Source: Lepidodermella squamata (lineage: Eukaryota; Animalia; Gastrotricha). Taken from it: a stretch of DNA of 64,000 nt. The notes under the pieces were generated by a model, which saw nothing but the letters and a program-made list of their open reading frames with translations, had not been told where the DNA came from and searched no databases. The DNA is taken from assembly GCA_047495785.1 (NCBI GenBank), contig JBLDXI010000059.1, positions 310,001-374,000 on the forward strand, in the 5' to 3' direction. The position numbers were made by a program, and so were the translations under genes. Of this stretch, positions 37,561-47,995 are shown piece after piece. Positions within the stretch are counted from its first letter, which is position 1, and each line of letters opens with the position of its first letter.

Positions 37561-39583
37561 CAAGGGTTATTCACATTTGCAGTTAGATTGTTCAATATTT
37601 CAAAACTATAAAAATGTTTAGCTACCGAATAAAGGTAGATTTTTTAACTAGTAAAAAGCTTAGCGCGAATCGAATCTTTTTGAGTGTTGATTGAAGGCTT
37701 CTTTTCCTTAATTACCAGCATTTCTTGAACCAGGCAGTCGAACTTAGAATTACATTTGACAACTACTTTGAAAAAGGAATCGATTTGTTCTACATCTTGT
37801 CCACAGGCTTGGTGATGGGTTCCAACCTTGCTTTTCTTATGCTCATCAACGCAATAGAAAGATAAGTGCATAATGGGTAATGCTATTTCAACATAAATAA
37901 TGAATTTGAAAAGAAACCACCACCCAACACACGCGATAAAAAAACTGGAAGTCAGGGAAGACGTGAAAAGCGGCTTTTGATGAAAAATCAAACTTGCGAG
38001 TTGAGTGCATTATTTTTGTGGCAGTGCGAAGATTTTTCTAGAAGTGAAAGTACGCATGCCCGCATGCCTGTGCCCGACGCGCCGTCGCGGCCCTAACCAG
38101 CAGCCGGCTGTTCGGCCGAAAATCATCAGCATCAAAAGTTTAAGTCTGCGCTTAATTAGTTTCTTCTCATCATTATCATTATATCACCACAATCGCGTCT
38201 GACCTACAGCCGAGATGCGTCTGGGGCGGGTTTTTTTTCATGCGCCTTTTCGCATACAGCCAGTATTTGGCAACTGGTAAGTGGTAAGGTCACTGAAAGA
38301 CAGCTGCGCGCGAAAGGGGTGGAGCTTTCGATGACAGCAACAACAAAACTGGCCAATCAGCGAGCAGGGCTTGTTAAAAAAAAGCGTCGTTGAAACGACA
38401 ACAAAATTGGCGTATACAATTCGACACCTTCTCTCCGCTCTCACAGTGCCCACTCTGCGTGCCCCGGTAGGTACTAATTTTTACTGCCTGCTTTTTACAA
38501 GGTGGCAAACTACCGTAAAATGAGGCAATGTTATATTTGATCTTTGCTGGTAGCCACCTGCTATCATGATGTTAATGATGATAAATGATGATAAAAAAAT
38601 AAGGAATTATAATAATAATAATAATGATAAGAAACAAGATTCAGCCATTCGCCGCGTATCGATCATTTGCTTGATTTTATTATCACGAGCTTTCAACACT
38701 TGAAACCTGATCTCTACAGTTCTGTCGGTATTTTGTCCATTTTACTGTAGTTTCTCTTCCGACGGTGTTGCTGCTCATTTTGCCGCCGTAGCTGCTGTTG
38801 CGTCGGCGTTGTCTTTGGTCGATGCCTGCGAGCTGGCGGCTTGACCCTTGTTTTGATTGTTGCTGGGGCTAGCTTCGGATTCTTCTCGGATGCAAGTTTG
38901 TGAAAGGTCGTCGGGGAAATCGATTCCCGTAAAATCAGTAAGTTCCCACTCGGGGATGATGGGATTGCAGATAGGATTGAGTTCTTGGGAACCAGACATG
39001 TTGCTAGCGTCGTTGCAGTAGTTTTTCTTGTAGTTGTTATGTAGTATGTAAAAATGCCTAAAATATTATTTATGAAAACGAAAAAACAATCATGATGCGA
39101 TTCAGTTTGTTAAAAAAATACCCTTGGCAACTTTTCTTTTATATAAAAAAAAGCATTGCAGATCACGCTACCTTTGAATTTTTCTTACGTTTCTTATTTG
39201 TTTATTATTTTTCAGAAATTTCGCGCGAATAAAAGAGCAACCTGGCACGACGTAGCAGGTCTAACGATGCCGATGGCCAATTTACGCCGTGTTCAACCGC
39301 CTCGCCTTCTTCAAAGCGAGTCCAGTGACGGCCATCACGACGGTACGCAATATAGCTCGGAAGAACTTGAGGTTGGTTTCTTGTTTTATCAGCTTTGCTC
39401 TTTGCGCTTTGAGGTTTTTCAAAAATGATCGCTTCGAGCTTGAAGCTCGACTTGACGCCTGCTGCTACTGCTAGCGCGTTACGTTTTTTCGTTCGATCAC
39501 TCGTGGTATCAATGCTTGCACGATTGCGATTATTTTTATTATTATTATTATTGGTATTTCTGTTGATGATGATGCTGCTGCTT

Positions 39584-39633
<50 letters not shown>

Positions 39634-40416
39634 GCTGCTGCATAAGCTACTTGTATCATCATCATCATCATCATCAACGACCAGCTCTTCGACAAAGCAT
39701 AGGCGATATGTCGCTAAACCTGTGATATGGACGGGTAGCGCGGGCGCATCTGGGTATTCCCTCTGCACCTCTGCATCACTCCTTGTTATTTCGTTCGTTT
39801 TATCATCAGGAATCAAGTCAAGGCACAGGTAGTCAGATGCCTCTGATATGTAATATTTGCGTTCGATTTGTACCGTTTTATTACAACGCGGGCAATAATT
39901 ATCATGCGCATGTTGCTCCCACTCGTGCCCTTGCTGCTGCGCGGCTGTCGACGCTGCGCTCGGCCCATCAGCTTGACCAGCAGCAGTACCCGCCGCCGAG
40001 CAAGTGTGCCACTGAAATGCAGCAGTAAAAACGTCGCGCCCACTAAGCCCACGCTGGCGTTGTCGAGCCGTGGTTGTAATCTGCTTATTACTAACGCAAC
40101 AACTACCACTGTTGCTATTGCTGCTACAGCTAACAGCCAACATTGCATTTATTATTACCGATAAACGATAATAGCAATCTGTCATCTGGCTGGCACTCAG
40201 CACCGTTTTACACTCGCAGCAACGATTAAGCTGCTTTGTACGCATTTCCAACATATCTCTAATAGCAGTGTGATTTTCGTAAAGGCTGCGAACAAAATTT
40301 TCGAGTGGATGCGCATAATTTATGCGATTATTAGATAATGATGATAAAAGTAATGAAGACGACGACGACGACGACAAGTCGTGATCGCTTCGACTTTTTG
40401 CTATCATTTGTTCGTA

Positions 40417-41033
40417 CAGTGCACTTTCACTATAACGAAATTTACCGCGCCACCCCAATTCTTTCGCTATAGCGGTTTTTCGTTGTATTGGAAGTTTGAT
40501 AAAAAAAATACATCAATTAGAACTATTTCAACACTGTTTTTCATTATTCGAGTCACCAAACGATAATTCATTACAGATGATATGTTTGGGCACTGATAAT
40601 GGCCTCCAAAGTTGCTTTTATTGCCGAAAATCATTTGTTGGAACCCTTTATTACCCAAATAACTTCTTTTAAAATAATAATGATGTCATGAATTGGAAAT
40701 CGGAAAAAAATCGAGAAATATTCTGAAAAATGTAACGCACGTGCTCACCCTACATGCGTTTTCAATTTAAAGACGTTTACATTCTCTCCCCTCACTCATC
40801 TCTCATATGCAACGCTTGAAATCTTGATTTCGTTATAACCTACAAAATATTATGGATTTTTTTTCTGAGAAAGCCATAAAATTCTTTCGAAATAGCGATT
40901 TTTCGCTATACGTATTTCGTTATAGTGAAAGCTTTCCCCATGCAAAACATGCAGACGCTGACCGAGCCACCCAGATCCTTTCGATATAACGGTTTTTCGC
41001 TATATTGGCGTTCGCTATAGTGAAAGTGCACTG
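40417..41033. mobile_element. Tc1/pogo (Tigger-like) MITE
   Basis: TA-flanked TIR CAGTGCACTTTCACTATA(A/G)CGAA. Removal restores the reading frame ...TQDLYEQMIAK. Confidence 0.92.
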
Positions 41034-41258
41034 TACAAATCCTGTGTACGCAACGTATTTGCAACTGGTCGCGCTGCTCCAGTAGAGCCAGTGATGCCCG
41101 GCGATGTTGATTTTGCTGTTGCTGCTGTTGTTTTTGTTGTTGTCGTGGTTATCTCAGCACCACTCCTGCTATTGCTTATATACTTTTTCTTGTTGTTGCT
41201 ATCTAACCGCTCAACAGCACCTTGAATTGAGCAGTAAGCAGCTGCTAATGGTGTAAGC

Positions 41259-41288
41259 CTTGTAAGGAATAATACTATTCCTTACAAG
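41259..41288. mobile_element. P-type excision footprint (30 bp) with 8-bp TSD, creates the stop of the helicase ORF
   Basis: GTGTAAGC [CTTGTAAGGAATA-ATAC-TATTCCTTACAAG] GTGTAAGC; perfect 13-bp inverted arms. Confidence 0.82.
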
Positions 41289-44200
41289 GTGTAAGCTCAG
41301 TTAGCAAAGTCACGTGCTCGTCAGTGAGTGCATCAGGTCTTATCATAGATGCGCAATCTTCGGCTTGCAGCAATGCTTCCAGCTGTTCATAAGCAAAAAC
41401 ACAGTGCAACAATGTATTCAACGCGCTCAATTGCGCGGCACCGTGATGTGGCATTTGTAACGGACGGCATAGCCTTAAATTGAACAAACACTTGTTTGTT
41501 CGTGCCGGCGTTGTTAGGCTGCTAGTGCTGGATTTTGTGATGCTACTGCTGCTGCTGCTGCTGCTGCCAACATTATTTTTAGGACTAATTTTAGCGCCAT
41601 TGCTCGGCTGCCGCGTTGCCGTGCGTGCGGCGTCGCCTGTGTTTTTGCGTTTTAGCCTCGTACCATCGTTGCTATCGCGGTCTAGCGGTAGCGAGCTGTC
41701 ATCATCACCGCTGGGACAATTCGACGCTTTTCGCGCCAAAGTGACATTTGTTGCGATATTATATATCATGGCCTCGCAGTTATTGCTCGTTTTAACATTT
41801 TCAACGCTGCTGTTGCTGCTGCGGCTGAGCTTTGATTTTTTACTTGCAACACCAGCCTGCTGTGCAGCCGATGAGGCCTCATCGGCGGCTGTACGTTTTT
41901 GTTGCGTGTTTGACTTTTTGGCTGGATGAATGTTGTCACCAACACTGCGACCGTAGCGAATAGTCACTCGTTTTCGCTGTGTCGGCGCGCCGGCGGCATC
42001 GCCAAGCGTCAGTGGGTCGTGATTATTGAAATCATCATCACTATTATTATAATTATTATTATTATTTTTACTGCTGCTAAAATCAGCAGTTGATTGGTCG
42101 ATGCTAATCGTTGTCGTATTTTCAACAGATACTTGGCGTATACGCCTAACTGTGGAGCCGCCGACGGCGCTTGCACCGCGCCCGCCTCTGCCGGTGAAAC
42201 TACCACCACGAGCAGCACCACGGCCTCGACCTCGGCCACCGCCTCGGCCCCTATCAGCGTGCGCCCGCGAAACTGTTGATACCACCACTGTGGGCAATGC
42301 CGAGGATGATTGTAGCTGCAGTTGACGCTCAACATCATCGCCGCCGGCTGCTAGGGTTACAGCGCTCGAGTCGTTCTCCTGCGCTCGCAAGCTAGCCTTG
42401 CTAAGGTACCAACGCCTGTCTTCGCAATTGATGACAGTTTTGTTACAACCTACTGGTGGCAAATTTATATCCGCGGCGTACTCTGAATAGACCGCCTCGG
42501 AATTGCGCATAACAGACTCGGCGAGGCTTTCGCGGCCTGTTGTTCGACGCAATCGGTCATATTCAATCAGCGCTAGTTTATTGACCATTTTCGCGCCGAT
42601 ACTACGGTCATCAAAGTTGATAAGCAGCAAGTCTTCAAGTTTACAGACTCGCGATAGCATGACGTAAGACTGAGCAACAGCAAAAATCGTCGGGCCCAAA
42701 TCTGCAATGACGCGTTTCAAAGTCATCCCCTGGCAGCGGTGAGCTGTCATAGCATAATTTAGGCTGACACACCACTGCTTGCGTTCAACTATCACACCGT
42801 TCACGAGTGGAAATCTACTTGTAACCGGGCCAATGTCGCATTCCAAGCCGTGATTGAATCTGATGCGCAGCGAAGCAACACGCCTCGGCTGCAATACTTC
42901 CACGGATGCGACGCCAGCAGTATTGTTGTTATTATTATTATTACTATTATTAGCTAACGATGATGATGATGATGAGCTGGTCGTTTTATGTTTTGCACAT
43001 TTGCGTTTGTTTTGATCAAAAGTAAACATGCGACGTTTGCGCTTCGCTGCCTTGATACCCGATGTTAGTTGCAACGTTGTTGTAGACGCCGTGGCTTTAT
43101 CGGCTTGGTTCATTTCAGGTATCGAGTCGGTGTAATTAATACGGACAATTTCGCCACATGCGCCATTTGTAAGTCCGCGCGTAAGGTCTAGATTTCTACG
43201 CAGCGAAATTTTAGCGCCTATTTTAAGCCGCAGCACTTTTTCCAAGCCCGCTGTTCTGGCGACTTGTGACTCGCCATCTTCTGTCAGCTTATTCAACGCC
43301 TTTCTAGCGAGTTCTTGATTGAAATTTCTCTGTGCATAAAATATATCTTCCGCTTCGAGCGTAATCATTCCGTCGTCACCGTTATCGCCGCCGTCGCCGC
43401 TAATGTTCTGCAAATTGTAAAGAACTGCTTCGTTTAGCTGATCAACTTGTGAATTTGTTGCAACAATACATGTCGTGTCTGGATTTTCAATCAAATAACG
43501 AGCTAAAATCTGCCATCGTTGTTCAACAGTTAGCTTGGTATTTTCTGCTAACAACGCACCCGCAGTAGCGTGATTGCTCTCGACAGTAGTAGTTGACGAG
43601 GCGGCGTCAAATTGCTCAAATTGCTGCTCACCTAACTGCTCAACTCGTGCGGTCACAAAGCCGTATTTTACGGCGTAGTAGTGAAAATCAAACAGACGTG
43701 TTAGCAAATGCTCGCGCCCCGGTGGTGCAAGAAGGCCTATGCGCGTTTCTGCGAGTATCTGTGCAAATAACGGATCGGCTTTTTGACGCATATTTATTGC
43801 CAACTCGTCGAATTCGAACGATTTCCACGGCGCTACTTCGATAGGTGACACGCCATGTAGGTTGTTAATAACATGGCCAGGTACATTTTCAAATACGCAT
43901 CCGTCATTTACGGGATTTAATTGTAGCAAATCACCCATTAAAAGAATGTGCATGCCGCCGAACGGCCGCACATAGTCATCCATGGCGCCGCCGTCGCAAA
44001 TTTCTCGCAAACGCTGGCTAACATAGGTGAGCATGACGTTGCTTAGCATGCTGCACTCGTCGATTACGATCAGGGCTACGTTTTTGTAAGCTACCCGCAA
44101 GGCATTAGCTAGTACGGCAAGTATCGACGTGTAACGTGGCGTTGAGCCATGCTCAACAGGCAAATTTACGCCCCGATGCACCGTAGTGCCGCCTATTGCG

Positions 44201-44766
44201 AATGATGCCTGGTCGGACGGTGCCATGGCCAACAAGTGCTTGCCGTGGCGCGATTTCAAGTAGAAGCGAAGCGTCGATACAAGTACGGACTTGCCTACAC
44301 CTGCATTGCCTGATACATAAATTTTAAGCTGCTGCGGTGGTGTGTTATCTGCAACATTAGCCGCAATATTGTTCACACGCGCGTCTGCTTCTGCTGGTGA
44401 TGATCTTTTATTTGCCTCATTATTATTATTATTATTATTATTATTTTTATTATTCACCTTGTACTTGTAAACAAACTTGTCGTGAACGCTTGCCTTGGGA
44501 CTGGCCCAATCGTTGTCGAGACGTTGCTCAACAACTGATATGACGCGGTCAAATACGCGCCGCTGATCAGGATTTAGCCTATCAATTAGCATCGTTAGAC
44601 GAGCCTCGGCTTCTTCGGCTGTTAAATTTTCGAAATCTTCATCTTTATTGTTAACAATCTGCTGCATCTCTGTTCCGTGGTTTACAGCATTAGCCGCCAC
44701 CTCGGTGTCACTCTCGTGAGCACCACTAGCGTCGTTGTCGTCGCTATCATCATCATCATCAATCAA
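41275..44766 (-). CDS. PIF1-family (SF1B) helicase portion of RepHel
   Basis: SGNAGVGKS, IVIDECSML, FGGMHILLMGDLLQLNPV, NMRQ, LRRNLD..GLTNG, YAMTAHRCQGMTL and QSYVMLSRV. Confidence 0.95.
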   Translation of the reverse strand: MIDDDDDSDDNDASGAHESDTEVAANAVNHGTEMQQIVNNKDEDFENLTAEEAEARLTMLIDRLNPDQRRVFDRVISVVEQRLDNDWASPKASVHDKFVYKYKVNNKNNNNNNNNNEANKRSSPAEADARVNNIAANVADNTPPQQLKIYVSGNAGVGKSVLVSTLRFYLKSRHGKHLLAMAPSDQASFAIGGTTVHRGVNLPVEHGSTPRYTSILAVLANALRVAYKNVALIVIDECSMLSNVMLTYVSQRLREICDGGAMDDYVRPFGGMHILLMGDLLQLNPVNDGCVFENVPGHVINNLHGVSPIEVAPWKSFEFDELAINMRQKADPLFAQILAETRIGLLAPPGREHLLTRLFDFHYYAVKYGFVTARVEQLGEQQFEQFDAASSTTTVESNHATAGALLAENTKLTVEQRWQILARYLIENPDTTCIVATNSQVDQLNEAVLYNLQNISGDGGDNGDDGMITLEAEDIFYAQRNFNQELARKALNKLTEDGESQVARTAGLEKVLRLKIGAKISLRRNLDLTRGLTNGACGEIVRINYTDSIPEMNQADKATASTTTLQLTSGIKAAKRKRRMFTFDQNKRKCAKHKTTSSSSSSSLANNSNNNNNNNTAGVASVEVLQPRRVASLRIRFNHGLECDIGPVTSRFPLVNGVIVERKQWCVSLNYAMTAHRCQGMTLKRVIADLGPTIFAVAQSYVMLSRVCKLEDLLLINFDDRSIGAKMVNKLALIEYDRLRRTTGRESLAESVMRNSEAVYSEYAADINLPPVGCNKTVINCEDRRWYLSKASLRAQENDSSAVTLAAGGDDVERQLQLQSSSALPTVVVSTVSRAHADRGRGGGRGRGRGAARGGSFTGRGGRGASAVGGSTVRRIRQVSVENTTTISIDQSTADFSSSKNNNNNYNNSDDDFNNHDPLTLGDAAGAPTQRKRVTIRYGRSVGDNIHPAKKSNTQQKRTAADEASSAAQQAGVASKKSKLSRSSNSSVENVKTSNNCEAMIYNIATNVTLARKASNCPSGDDDSSLPLDRDSNDGTRLKRKNTGDAARTATRQPSNGAKISPKNNVGSSSSSSSSITKSSTSSLTTPARTNKCLFNLRLCRPLQMPHHGAAQLSALNTLLHCVFAYEQLEALLQAEDCASMIRPDALTDEHVTLLTELTPCKE

Positions 44767-44820
44767 TCTAAATCAATCTAAATCAATCTAAATCAATCTA
44801 AATCAATCTAAATCAATCTC
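44761..44820. repeat. (AATCAATCTA)x6 tandem repeat between Rep and helicase
   Basis: 60 bp; keeps the reading frame but adds three stop codons. Confidence 0.95.
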
Positions 44821-46895
44821 GTGATTGCGCCACGGCTTGAACAGCATTAATAAGCTGTGGTAAAAATCCTCTTTTCGTTTGGACAGGCTATAGATTCTGT
44901 GTTGAATATACCACGGCGTTTTTGGCTTTTTTACAAATTCGTACTGACGCTGAGCTAGTGGCAAGTTTTCACTGCCAGCCACAGGCTTACGGTCGTACCA
45001 TGATGCTAGTTCGTACAAGCTCATGTTATCGAACGTATCATCACACGGCCGATTTGGATAATACGTATCTACCAAGTTGGTCGCAAAATAGTCGACGCTA
45101 TTCGGGTCTCGTTCTACCAGCTTGCACACTTGTTCGTATTGCTTTACGCGCCGCGATCGTTCACGTGACACATTGAGGTGGCGCACTTGGAATGTCGGCG
45201 AAAATGTGTACTGCGACTTTTTCAAGAAATAACTCGCAGCTGTCATTATGTTTGTCTCTTGGCATGAAAGAAATGACCCTGCCTCGCGCCACATTGCACC
45301 GAAACGGTTTTTACTCGCCGCCTGTGAACGCTGTCTGCGCAACGCCTCATCGCTAGTAGTAGTATTAGTATCATGATCGGTGGCACCACCACCACTACTT
45401 TTGCTTGGTGCATCGAAATTGGTAGCATTCGCAACTGGTTGCTGTGTTTCACCTTCGCCGCCGTGCATGTTAGCTAGTCGTGAAGCGTTCAGCATAGCGC
45501 GATGCTTCATGCTCATGCGATTTGGCTTTGTGCTATATCCAACGGTTACATAGTGGCACAGATTTTTGCTCTGAGTTGCTACGTATTGCACATCTAGGTT
45601 ACCAGTGTGCATAAGCAAATACAGCGAATTGTAATCGTTGATGCGGCATTCATTTTTGGCTCGCGGAAGCTCGTATGCTCGTGTCTTTGCGTCGCGCTTT
45701 GAACTTTGCATTGCGCCATATTTTTTAATCATGCGCCTATAAGCTGTTGCTTTTGCGATGTTATTGCGCTGGAATTTTTTCTTGCTTTCCTAGGAAAAGC
45801 AAACCGGCACTTGCGGCGATACCGAACGCCATTTCTGCCTGTCGTAAATGGGCTACAATAACTATTACAATTATGTCGCTGATAGCGTGCAACTTTTTCG
45901 TACAATTCAGGCGAGATTTTTTTATCAGGCAGCTCGCAAGTGATTGCCTTTGTTATGAATTCTGCTACTTTTTCAGGCTCATCTTTGTCGAGCAGCGGCG
46001 CGTTTTCACACCACAAAGTTATGTGAAAATGCGGAATTCCTCGCTGCTGTTCTTCCATTCGTACAAAGTAATGCAATATTTTACCGCCTAATGCTTTCGC
46101 CGCTGTTTCATGTACAAATTGGAACCAAGCTTGAAATCGCACGTGTATAAATTCGCAAGTAGTAAACGGGTCCATAGCTAAGTTTTGATAGGTTTTTACC
46201 CGCATGCTCGGGATTTTTCTCCCTCAAGTAATCGTGCAGATCGCGTATGTCATATTCTGACGGGTTGTAAGTCATGAAAAATGTAGCAGGGCCTAAACAC
46301 CTTAGTATGAGCTTTAATCGTTCACGCACCGAGTACCAATACTCTTGTGTTGATGGCAGCTTTGAAAATACCGTGCTCATTCGCGCACCTAGTGTCTCTT
46401 CTTCAACGGCAGCCAAATATTCTTTGGCTGTTAGCTTGTTAGGGCCGCTTGCTACTTGGGTATTGACAACTTGAAAAATGCCCGAACGAACGCATCTTTT
46501 CAAGTACTCGTTGTAATGATAGAAAATGAATGGAATTGATAGTCGGAAGCGATTGACATCTGCCAGCTGTAGCAGATGCCTAACGTAGTCAGCTTCACGA
46601 ATATGCTTTCGGCGAGAATTTCGAACCATTGTAGCGTAGCACTGTTCACTGGCGACGTGGATGTTTTTTCTATCTGGTATAATCGTTCCGAAATGCCACT
46701 CATGCGACAGCTGTGCATTGGTACAAGGCAATATTGCTCGTAATATTTGGCATCTTTAGCGAGATCTATTTTCCGCAAAATTGACTCACCGCTGTTATTT
46801 TCTGCGCCTATCACATCGCTGTATTTCTTCCATGTTTTTACTACGCTTTTTGCGCCGTCGTTTCTTTTTACGGCCGCCCTCATTCTTACTTGCAC
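44803..46895 (-). pseudogene. HUH Rep endonuclease portion of RepHel (frameshifted)
   Basis: Rep motifs spread over ORFs 46108..46731, 45729..46205 and 44803..45732, with 1-nt shifts in A-runs at ~46195 and ~45778. Confidence 0.9.
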
Positions 46896-47559
46896 TGCTG
46901 TTTTTACCTACTTTGTCATCATCATCATCATCATCATCATCAGCTGCTTCACTCGCTGAATTACCGCTGCTGGCAGACGCATCACTCTTATCGCTGCTGC
47001 TGTTGCTGTTACTGCTATGATGTTTTGTAACAAAATCTTCGTCATCATATTCTTGATACATTCGCGCATCTCCGCCTGGCAATTCATCTTCAATTTCGAA
47101 TATTACGCTATCTAGTAATGTTTTTGTTGGCAACCTCAAAATATTTCTCAGGTATGGATTAGCTCGCCGTGCGGCATTTATAGCCTCGCATAAATGTTTA
47201 AAGTTGGTCATATTTTCATATACTATTTTTCTGTCCTCTTTAGGAATAGAGCGCGTGAAAATGATCAGATATGGATCAAGTATATTATTAAGAAAATCTT
47301 GTCGCAACTTGTTTTTCAAATCGCCACTCTTGGCATTTGCAGTAGCTGCTCGACTGTTACGTATATTATTAGAATCTGGGTTGGCTATAACAAAAGGATT
47401 CCTAGTAAAGTCTGACGATGCAGAATTACAATCGGCATCACTTTCGGCTGCTGTGTCGTCTAGCAAGCGGTCAAAGTTTATTTCAAGATGATTTTCTAAC
47501 AACCTTTGATTTTCATTATTAATTCCTAATAAGCATTCGTCATTATCTTGCCCGCTTGA

Positions 47560-47995
47560 TGTTTCTTGTTCAACGTCAAAGTTTTCCCACTTATTCCTGA
47601 AAAGGTGTTCGGCGAATACCTGGAAGGGCATCGGAAAATTCCACGCAATAAAGAAGCTGTGACAGTTCGAAATCACGGCTTTTCGAACTGCCACCATGTC
47701 AGTTATTTCAAAGCAGACTTAGAACTTGGAGATTTTTTGAATCAGAAAATATATTCAGCACTTGAACAGAGACAGATTAAATTTTCCAAAATGTTAGAGA
47801 TCGACTAAATTGTCGCTTTGTTGAATCTGTCCTTTTGTCGATGAGAATGGGGACATATTCAAAAGAGGCGGGACAACTTGTTTCATCTGTCCCTTACTTG
47901 TATCTGTCCCAGTGCTCTCGTCGAGAGGCGGGACAAATTTGAAGAAGAAAGGGACAAATACCAGCGAGAAAAGGACGCGTTATTTTGAACCGGGG
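47560..47995. mobile_element. Probable TE fragment with GGGACA/TGTCCC repeats inserted in the RepHel N-terminal region
   Basis: Clustered tgtccc/gggaca motifs at 47828-47955; the minus-strand ORF breaks here. Confidence 0.4.

Larger units (their letters stand above)
39205..41520 (-). pseudogene. C-terminal catalytically dead USP-like domain fused to the helicase, split by two insertions
   Basis: Cys-box equivalent GAAQLSALNTLLHCVF (Cys to Ser); CCEC and CPRC Zn ligands; His-box equivalent FKLEAIIFE...SYIAYRRDGRHWTRFEE...ARLLFYSR without the histidines. Confidence 0.7.

Noticed and set aside
38225-38565. Candidate Helitron 3' hairpins (CCAGT..ACTGG; GGTGGC..GCCACC)
   Set aside because: Several weak alternatives with no convincing CTRR or subterminal-IR pairing, so the terminus was left unassigned.
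39425-39832. Poly-Leu/poly-Val membrane-like ORFs (also 41480..41929, 22634..22843)
   Set aside because: Antisense or alternative-frame readings of trinucleotide tracts.
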